From: Candidatus Gottesmanbacteria bacterium | Lineage (GTDB): Bacteria > Patescibacteriota > Microgenomatia > UBA10105 > UBA927 | Reading direction: 5' to 3' | DNA: 50,062 nt | Assembly (NCBI GenBank): GCA_963701185.1 | Contig: OY969569.1 | Location: 615,486 to 665,547, forward strand | In this document: one piece after another, positions 43,640 through 50,062 of the stretch | Position numbering within the stretch: the first letter of the stretch is position 1 | Layout of the letters: every line of letters starts with the position of its first letter | Made by a program: the position numbers and the translations under genes | Notes under the pieces: generated by a model | What the model was told of the DNA's origin: nothing | The model's input: the letters and a program-made list of their open reading frames with translations, nothing else | Database searches by the model: none

Positions 43640-45496
43640 CTAGTCCCGTTTTAACACTTCAAAGAATGCCTCCTGGGGAATCTCGACCCGGCCGATGAGT
43701 TTCATTCTCGCCTTGCCTTTTTTCTGTTTTTTCAGGAGTTTATCTTTGCGCGTGCGGTCGCCGCCGTAGAGCTTCTGGATGACGTCTTTGCGGAACGCCT
43801 TGACATCCGAGCGTGCCACGACTTTGCCGCCGATTGCCGCCTGTATGGGCACCTCAAACTGATGGCGCGGAATGACGGCGGCCAGCCGCTCGGTAATTTC
43901 GATACTGCGCGTATGCGCCTGATCGCGGACCACGAGAAATGACAGCGCGTCGACTTTTTCGCGGTTGACGAGAATATCGATCTTCGCGACATCTACCGTC
44001 TGATAGTCGAAAAATTCGTAATCGAGGCTGGCGTAGCCCTCGGTAATGCTTTTCAATCTGTCAAAAAAATCAATAATCATCTCGGAAAGCGGAATACGAT
44101 AGGTAAACTCTACTTGGTCTGCCGTATATTTTTGGTCCACATACGTCCCCCGCTTTTCCTGCGCCAATTGCATAATGGGCCCAACGTACCGCTTCGGCGT
44201 GTAAATCGTGACTTCCATAATCGGCTCTTTCACCTCTTCAATAACCGTGGGGTCCGGAAATTCCGACGCCGATTGGATAAAAACCTCTACCCCCGATGTT
44301 TTTTTCAGATGATATTCGACCGAAGGCGCCGTCGCGATCATGTTGAGGTCAAATTCGCGGGACAACCGCTCCTGCACGATTTCCGCGTGGAGTAACCCCA
44401 AAAATCCGCAGTGGAAGCCGTTGCCCAGAGCCAGTGACGAAATCGGCCGGAAGGTGAACGCGCTGTCGGAGAGCCGCAATTTTTCCATCGTCTCCCGGGC
44501 GTAACTAAACTCTTCGCTGTTTATGGGAAACAAACTTAAAAACACCATGGGCTTGGGTTCTTTGTAGCCCGGAAGCGATGATACATTTTCTGTAGAAATT
44601 GTATCCCCGACCTTGGCAAATCGTACATCCTTAAGACCCGTTGCAATATACCCCACTTCTCCCGCAGACAATTTTTCCCCGTTGCCGATTGTGTGCATAT
44701 GAGGAAGAAAATACCCCATCTCGATAGGCGTTACGGAGGCGCCGGATGCCATAAACTGGAGCCGGGTGGACGAAGTAAACGGAATCTCCCCGTCGACAAC
44801 CCGCACAAACACGACGACGCCTTTATGTGCGTCATATTGCGAGGAAAAAATTAACGCGCGGGGTGGTTTTTCCGGATCTCCTTTTGGTGGAGAAATTTTT
44901 TCAACAATCGCCTCTAAAACTGCTGCGACGTTTTCTCCTGTTTTGGCGGAAATCTTTATTATGTCTTCTTTTCTAAATCCCAGACTCTCAAGCTCTTGTA
45001 TTGTTTCTTCTATCCGTGCTGTCGGCATGTCTATTTTATTGATAATCGGAATAATGGTGAGACCGTGAGAGCGCGCCTGATGGAGATTTGCCAGCGTCTG
45101 GGCCTGCACACCCTGGGTTGCGTCCACCACCAAGAGCGCGCCCTCACAGGCCGCAAGCGACCGGGATACCTCGTAGCCGAAATCGACATGACCGGGGGTA
45201 TCGATGAGATTTAATACAAAAGTGTCATTCTCGCGAAGGCGAGAATCGGTTTTGGTATTCGGAGAAAAGGCGGATCCCCGATCAGGTCGGGGATGACAAC
45301 GGTAAATCATCCGGACAGGTGCGAGTTTAATGGTAATCCCCCGTTCCCGTTCAATGGGATTGCTGTCGAGGATTTGCGGCCGGCAGTCGCGGTGCGCGAT
45401 TGTCCCCGTCACCTCGAGAAGCCGATCTGCCAGCGTCGATTTTCCATGGTCAATGTGCGCCACGATTGCAAAATTACGGATATGTGATTGATCCAT
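43640..45496 (-). CDS. lepA: Elongation factor 4 (LepA) with in-frame REP insertion
   Basis: IVAHIDHGKSTLADR, ERERGITIK, LIDTPGHVDF, NKID, GFLGLLH, C-terminal KQKKGKARMK. Confidence 0.97.
   Translation of the reverse strand: MDQSHIRNFAIVAHIDHGKSTLADRLLEVTGTIAHRDCRPQILDSNPIERERGITIKLAPVRMIYRCHPRPDRGSAFSPNTKTDSRLRENDTFVLNLIDTPGHVDFGYEVSRSLAACEGALLVVDATQGVQAQTLANLHQARSHGLTIIPIINKIDMPTARIEETIQELESLGFRKEDIIKISAKTGENVAAVLEAIVEKISPPKGDPEKPPRALIFSSQYDAHKGVVVFVRVVDGEIPFTSSTRLQFMASGASVTPIEMGYFLPHMHTIGNGEKLSAGEVGYIATGLKDVRFAKVGDTISTENVSSLPGYKEPKPMVFLSLFPINSEEFSYARETMEKLRLSDSAFTFRPISSLALGNGFHCGFLGLLHAEIVQERLSREFDLNMIATAPSVEYHLKKTSGVEVFIQSASEFPDPTVIEEVKEPIMEVTIYTPKRYVGPIMQLAQEKRGTYVDQKYTADQVEFTYRIPLSEMIIDFFDRLKSITEGYASLDYEFFDYQTVDVAKIDILVNREKVDALSFLVVRDQAHTRSIEITERLAAVIPRHQFEVPIQAAIGGKVVARSDVKAFRKDVIQKLYGGDRTRKDKLLKKQKKGKARMKLIGRVEIPQEAFFEVLKRD
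45223..45298 (+). repeat. TGTC-tagged REP doublet (76 bp) antisense inside lepA
   Basis: TGTC-ATTCTCGC(GAAG)GCGAGAAT-CGGTTTTGGTATTCGGAGAAAAGGCGG-ATCCCCGA(TCAGG)TCGGGGAT-GACA. Confidence 0.9.
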
Positions 45497-45499
45497 ACG

Positions 45500-47011
45500 T
45501 TATGGGCTAAGTATAGCACGCAGGGCCTGAGCATTCTGCTTTAAGGAGGCATCGGCGGGATTAATGGCCAATGCCTGTTCGATGTACCCCAGCGCCTTCT
45601 GATACTCTTTTTTCTCTACTGCAATACCCGCTAAATCCTGATATGACTGCCATAGGTTCGGATTTATCGACAGCGCTTTTTCAAAATACGGCACGGCTTC
45701 GTCATATTTTTTCATCTGTATATACGTATTGCCGATATTGTGATATGCGTCGGCATACTGAGGGTTGATTGTAACGGCTTGAGTAAACGCCTCAATGCTT
45801 TTGTCAAACTCCCCGTGCCGCGCATAGACATCCCCCATATTATTCCAACTGCGCGGCTCTTCCGGCGACTCCCGGAGTGTCGCCGCGTACAGGCTGTCGG
45901 TCGTCCTCCACTCGCTGCCGCGCACTATCGTCCGGATACTCAGTGCAATGAGAATAATGACACCGGCAACCACCCCCGAAACTTCCCATTTTTTGACAGA
46001 CACAATCCGCTCAAAAACGATCGCGGCAACAACGCACAAGCCGATGAGGCCAAGATACACATACCGCTCTGCAACAACCCACGCAATTTTTATCGGCAAA
46101 AGGGTAACCCCGAGGGTGACAAGCATCCACATCAGCCAAAATCCATACGGTTTTTTCCGTACCAGACCGACGAGTGTCGCCCCCAGATACACGACTGTTA
46201 CCGCTATACGGACCGCAGCCTCTTTCCCTGAATGAAAGAGGCTGACGTGATAGAGCGTGAGATGTTTTGGCCACACAAAAAGCTGAGCATACCAGCTGAC
46301 GGCAAACGGCAGCTGAAGGAGCGGATTGTACAACCCCGAACTTTGTCCGTGCGTTGTTCCATTTACTCCTGCGATGCGGGAATCTATTCGGGTAGCATAA
46401 AAAAGAACAAACGGGATCGTGACCGCGATATACGGAATCCAGTGTCCCCAGTGTTTCTTCACATCACCAAACACCCATTCATAGAGGCCGAAGATGATAA
46501 CAAGTGATATTGCTTTTTCTGAAACAAGAAGCGATACGACAAACGAAAGAAGTGATCCGATCCGTTTTATACGGGAAATATCCCGATACCAATACAGCGA
46601 CAGAAGGAAAAAGAATGCCGAGTACGCATACACCACGCCGCCGGCTATCCAGGTCACCGACTCAACGGCAAGCGGGTGGATGGCGAATAGCAGTGCGGCA
46701 ACGGACGCCACGAGCGGCTTCGTATGTTTACGCAGAATCAGCCAAACCAAGATCACATTTCCCATATGGAACAGGATATTGACCAACCGGTAGGGCCACG
46801 GGACAGGGCCGAATATATGATAGATCCAGTAGTGAACAAGGCCGCCCACATGGATAGCCGACGGCAAACCGATCGCGCTCATCCATGTGCTCCGGAGATC
46901 GCCCATCGCAATGACGCTGGAATCATCGGAAACAAATCCGTTTCCCAGAAACGGGAGGTATAACAGGGCAACGATCCAAAAAAAAATACCCACCACGCGG
47001 CGCGATTTCAT
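45500..47011 (-). CDS. TMTC-like GT-C membrane glycosyltransferase with C-terminal TPRs
   Basis: GFVSDD, HPLAVESVTWIAG, AERYVYL, many TMs; TPRs (WNNMGDVY, AYHNIGNTY). Start placed at MKSRR. Confidence 0.8.
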   Translation of the reverse strand: MKSRRVVGIFFWIVALLYLPFLGNGFVSDDSSVIAMGDLRSTWMSAIGLPSAIHVGGLVHYWIYHIFGPVPWPYRLVNILFHMGNVILVWLILRKHTKPLVASVAALLFAIHPLAVESVTWIAGGVVYAYSAFFFLLSLYWYRDISRIKRIGSLLSFVVSLLVSEKAISLVIIFGLYEWVFGDVKKHWGHWIPYIAVTIPFVLFYATRIDSRIAGVNGTTHGQSSGLYNPLLQLPFAVSWYAQLFVWPKHLTLYHVSLFHSGKEAAVRIAVTVVYLGATLVGLVRKKPYGFWLMWMLVTLGVTLLPIKIAWVVAERYVYLGLIGLCVVAAIVFERIVSVKKWEVSGVVAGVIILIALSIRTIVRGSEWRTTDSLYAATLRESPEEPRSWNNMGDVYARHGEFDKSIEAFTQAVTINPQYADAYHNIGNTYIQMKKYDEAVPYFEKALSINPNLWQSYQDLAGIAVEKKEYQKALGYIEQALAINPADASLKQNAQALRAILSP

Positions 47012-47041
47012 ATGAGTAGTATACCACGGGTTTTTCCCCTC

Positions 47042-47069
47042 TTGACACTCAAAAAACGAAAGGTATAGC
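47042..47069 (+). promoter_or_regulatory. Putative promoter of the MgtE-N/Nramp operon
   Basis: TTGACA-N16-TATAGC. Confidence 0.5.
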
Positions 47070-47086
47070 ATAAAATCGTGAGGCAG

Positions 47087-47118
47087 ATCAAGTTCCGCCC
47101 CCGGAGCTTGATTTTTTT
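47087..47118 (+). terminator. Intrinsic-terminator-like hairpin 3 nt upstream of the MgtE-N start codon
   Basis: ATCAAGTTCCG-CCCC-CGGAGCTTGAT followed by a T-run. Confidence 0.65.
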
Positions 47119-47121
47119 GTT

Positions 47122-48330
47122 ATGCTGTACTTTTCCGAGTTAAAAGGGAAACGCGTCTGCACAGAAAGCGGAGTCATGCTCGGGAAGCTCATTGACCTCG
47201 TTTTTTTAGCACAAACGCAGCCGTTTGTTACGAAGCTCGTCACCGGTACCCCCAAAAAACCCCTCATCATCCCCCTGACGTATCTGATAAAACTGAATAC
47301 GAAAATCTACCTTTCCGATAGCTTCACCCCGACAGCACTGGCTGAAAATGAACTCTATGTCAATAAAAACCTTCTCGACCAGCAAATCATCGATATAAAG
47401 GGGAACAAGGTGGTGCGCGTCAACGACGTGGCCCTGCAGGAAAAGCCCCAACTTATGATCGCGGGTGTGGATATCGGTGTCGTCGGGCTCCTGCGATGGT
47501 TTGGCTTGGATGAAACATTCGGCAGGCTTTTTCGACTCCTGGGATTAACCATCACGTCGCGCTTTTTATCCTGGGCGGATATCCAGCCGCTGGCTCTTTC
47601 CCGGGGAAAAGTCGTCCTGCGTAAAGAAGAAGGAAAACTTTCCCAGCTGCGCCCTGAGGATCTTGCCGACCACCTGGAAACAATGGGGCTGCGAAACGTC
47701 ACACGCATTATCGCGCTTCTTGACGACTTCCGCGCCGCACGGGTTATTGAAAGTCTGAATGTTTCCTACCAACAAAATCTTTTTAAACAATTTACTCCGC
47801 AACGGTCAGCAAAAATTATAGAAAGCATGGATCCTGATGACGCTGTCGATATTCTTCTGACACTCACACCCAAACGAAAGGAACATATCATCGAATGTCT
47901 GTCGCAGGGAAAACAGCAGGAACTCACCAAACTGCTGCATCTTTCCGTTACGCCGATCGGCGGACTGATCACCAGTGAATATTTCACCGCTGCACCGGAA
48001 GAAACCGCACTCACGATCCGGCACCGGATACGCAACCAAACGGGTGAATACTCCTGCCTCGATTACGTCTATGCAGTCAACAAAGACCGTCAGCTTGTCG
48101 GAGTTGCGAATCTCCACGAGTTGTTATTACAGAAAAGTGATACGCCGCTTTTTAAATATATGAACCCGTCCGTTATTGTCCTTCACCTCACAACACCCAT
48201 GGAAATTGCCATCAAACGGATGCTGAAGTATCATCTGGAGGCATTACCCGTCATCGATGATAAAAAGGTGCTGTTGGGTATCGTTACGGTAGACGATCTG
48301 ACCGAGATCATTCTCAAAAAATACACATGA
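47122..48330 (+). CDS. PRC-barrel / MgtE N-terminal domain / CBS-pair protein without an MgtE membrane domain
   Basis: LGKLIDL, LLDQQIIDIKGNKVVRVNDV, LSQLRPEDLAD, MDPDDAVD, C-terminal CBS pair (LPVID..LLGIVTVDD). Confidence 0.82.
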   Translation: MLYFSELKGKRVCTESGVMLGKLIDLVFLAQTQPFVTKLVTGTPKKPLIIPLTYLIKLNTKIYLSDSFTPTALAENELYVNKNLLDQQIIDIKGNKVVRVNDVALQEKPQLMIAGVDIGVVGLLRWFGLDETFGRLFRLLGLTITSRFLSWADIQPLALSRGKVVLRKEEGKLSQLRPEDLADHLETMGLRNVTRIIALLDDFRAARVIESLNVSYQQNLFKQFTPQRSAKIIESMDPDDAVDILLTLTPKRKEHIIECLSQGKQQELTKLLHLSVTPIGGLITSEYFTAAPEETALTIRHRIRNQTGEYSCLDYVYAVNKDRQLVGVANLHELLLQKSDTPLFKYMNPSVIVLHLTTPMEIAIKRMLKYHLEALPVIDDKKVLLGIVTVDDLTEIILKKYT

Positions 48331-49583
48331 AGAAACAGCTTGCCGCCTGGCTGTCACGTACGCGCAGCCGCATACTCATTGCCCTCGTCATTATGGGACC
48401 GGGGCTTGTCACGGCATTTGCCGACAACGATGCGGCAGGAGTCGCGACATATTCCGTTTCGGCGGCCCTCTATGGCTATCCCATGCTCTTCGTGTTAATC
48501 CCCGTCACAATCGTTTTGGCGGTCACCCAGGAAATAGGAGCCAGGATCGCCATCGTCACCGGGCAGGGACTGGCGGATCTTATACGCGAACGATACGGTA
48601 TCCGTCTCACGGTCGTCCTGTTCGCTTTGCTTTTTACCGTCAACATGGCGGTTGTCGTTCAGGATATCAGCGGCATGAAGGCGGCACTCGAATTATTTCA
48701 TCTCTCATCGGCTATCTTTCTGCCGATGATCGTCGGTCTCATTTTCTTATTTGTGGTGGCAGCCAATTACAACGTTATTCAGCGGTTTTTCCTTCTTCTT
48801 ATTGTCTTTTACATCACGTACATCGCATCGGCAATTCTTGCCAAACCCGATTGGGGTCTGGCCATGCGGTCCCTGGTCATCCCTTCCTCAGACGTGAACC
48901 CCGCATATATCTTCACGGCTGTGGCGGTCCTGGGGACCACCGTCACCGCCTGGGGCCAATTTTTCGTCCATAGTTATATAAAAGACAAGCATATTACCGT
49001 CGAACACCTGCGGTATTCCCGTTGGGAAGTATATATCGGCGCAATTTTAACGGACGTCTTCTCATTTTTTATGATGGTCGCGGTGGCCGCCACCCTGTTT
49101 GTCAATCATATCCGTATCGCCGACGCTGCCGGCGCAGCTCTGGCGATTAAACCGTTTGCCGGTCAATTTGCAGGAGTCCTCTTTGGCGTGGGACTTCTGG
49201 TCGCCGGGATGTTGGGTGCCATCATCGTGCCGCTGTCCACCGCCTATGTATTTTCGGAATTCTTCGGCGTATCGGGAAGCCTGGATGAACATTTTAAAAA
49301 AAGTAAAAACTTTTATATCCTCTTTTTTATTCAAATCATCATCGCGACACTCATCGTTCTTCTGCCGAGCATTAACCTCTTTACCATCACGCTGGCTGCC
49401 AACTTTATCAACGGATTAATCTTACCCATTATCTTTTTCTTTCTCTATCAGGTGTCCAATAATAGATATATCATGGGACGCTACAAAAACTCTCCCCTCC
49501 AAAACATATTACTCGTAGGCGCAGGAGGGATCATCTCTCTGGCATCTCTCTTCGGAATTATCAGTCAGCTGTTCCATTGGTAA
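48327..49583 (+). CDS. Nramp-family divalent metal transporter (Nramp-related, non-DPGN type)
   Basis: MGPGLVTAFADNDAAG..YGY, QEIGARIAIVTGQGLADLIRERYG, LGTTVTAWGQF; about 11 TMs. Confidence 0.88.
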   Translation: MKKQLAAWLSRTRSRILIALVIMGPGLVTAFADNDAAGVATYSVSAALYGYPMLFVLIPVTIVLAVTQEIGARIAIVTGQGLADLIRERYGIRLTVVLFALLFTVNMAVVVQDISGMKAALELFHLSSAIFLPMIVGLIFLFVVAANYNVIQRFFLLLIVFYITYIASAILAKPDWGLAMRSLVIPSSDVNPAYIFTAVAVLGTTVTAWGQFFVHSYIKDKHITVEHLRYSRWEVYIGAILTDVFSFFMMVAVAATLFVNHIRIADAAGAALAIKPFAGQFAGVLFGVGLLVAGMLGAIIVPLSTAYVFSEFFGVSGSLDEHFKKSKNFYILFFIQIIIATLIVLLPSINLFTITLAANFINGLILPIIFFFLYQVSNNRYIMGRYKNSPLQNILLVGAGGIISLASLFGIISQLFHW

Positions 49584-49590
49584 ATACACC

Positions 49591-50062
49591 ATGAATCACG
49601 ACCAGGAATATTTTCTTATCCATGAAGCACGGTATAAGAGAATCCTCAGGGAAATACGGGAAATCGGGGAAGAAAAACTGAAAATACTGGATGTCGGGTG
49701 CTTTCCCTACCATCTTGGTGCGGCACTGGAAAAGGCGGGGCATGACGTGTGGGGTATCTCCAGCACCCACGAACCCATAAAAAACAAACACGTCGCGATC
49801 CTCAACATCGAGACCGATCCGTTCCCGTACAAGGACAATTTTTTTGACCTGGTCCTCTGCAGTGAGGTTCTGGAGCACCTGCCGCATTCCCCCATGCCCG
49901 CCCTGAAAGAAATGTATCGCGTCGCCAAACCGGGCGGCCATGTCCTTATCACGACGCCGAATATCAACGGATCCATCCACCTCATCCTCCGGCTTTTCGG
50001 CCGCGCACCGTTGACCGGAGACAACGCGGAGAACGTATACCACCGCCATAACCACGAATACA
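49591..50062 (+). CDS. Class I SAM-dependent methyltransferase (3' partial; missing from the ORF track)
   Basis: Translated by hand: KILDVGCFP..FPYKDNFFDLVLCSEVLEHLP..LKEMYRVAKPGGHVLITTPN. Confidence 0.88.
   Translation, partial: MNHDQEYFLIHEARYKRILREIREIGEEKLKILDVGCFPYHLGAALEKAGHDVWGISSTHEPIKNKHVAILNIETDPFPYKDNFFDLVLCSEVLEHLPHSPMPALKEMYRVAKPGGHVLITTPNINGSIHLILRLFGRAPLTGDNAENVYHRHNHEY

Noticed and set aside
47012-47121. M-box or other known metal riboswitch
   Set aside because: The intergenic space is about 110 nt and shared with a divergent promoter; no recognisable aptamer.
49561-50055. Minus-strand 164-aa ORF
   Set aside because: Shadow of the plus-strand methyltransferase starting at 49591.

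Overview
50-kb bacterial chromosomal segment in genetic code 11. Gene content and style suggest Patescibacteria (CPR), most like the Microgenomates group (inference, not tested). (1) 1-23030, minus strand: three head-to-tail, ATGA-coupled giant genes (about 7.2, 8.1 and >7.8 kb) for membrane-anchored, Thr/Gly/Ser-rich fibre-like proteins with peptidase-S74 chaperone domains. Two begin with a MerR-type HTH plus TM helix. They are built from near-identical scaffold segments and hypervariable AT-rich domain cassettes. Frame breaks in this repeat region mostly look like consensus errors. (2) 23162-28363, plus strand and divergent from (1): an F1-only ATPase operon (alpha, gamma, beta, short epsilon). 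It is headed by a signal-peptide protein ending in a subunit-c-like hairpin without the ion-binding carboxylate; no a, b or delta genes are in the locus. (3) A GIY-YIG nuclease cassette bounded by TGTC-tagged REP hairpins sits inside that operon, and short relatives of its ends sit in frame inside mreB, lepA and both MerR-fibre genes. This candidate autonomous/non-autonomous palindromic element pair is the most novel-looking signal. (4) 28.4-50 kb: glgA, GT4/WecB glycosyltransferases, two four-helix-bundle genes, mreB, a PEGA protein, tRNA-Arg/Pro, maf, brnTA, ndk, an M16 peptidase, a thermonuclease, lepA, a TMTC-like TPR protein, an MgtE-N/CBS protein plus an Nramp-like transporter, and a partial methyltransferase. 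Many genes show a leaderless promoter layout. All family calls are from motif recognition; no searches were run.
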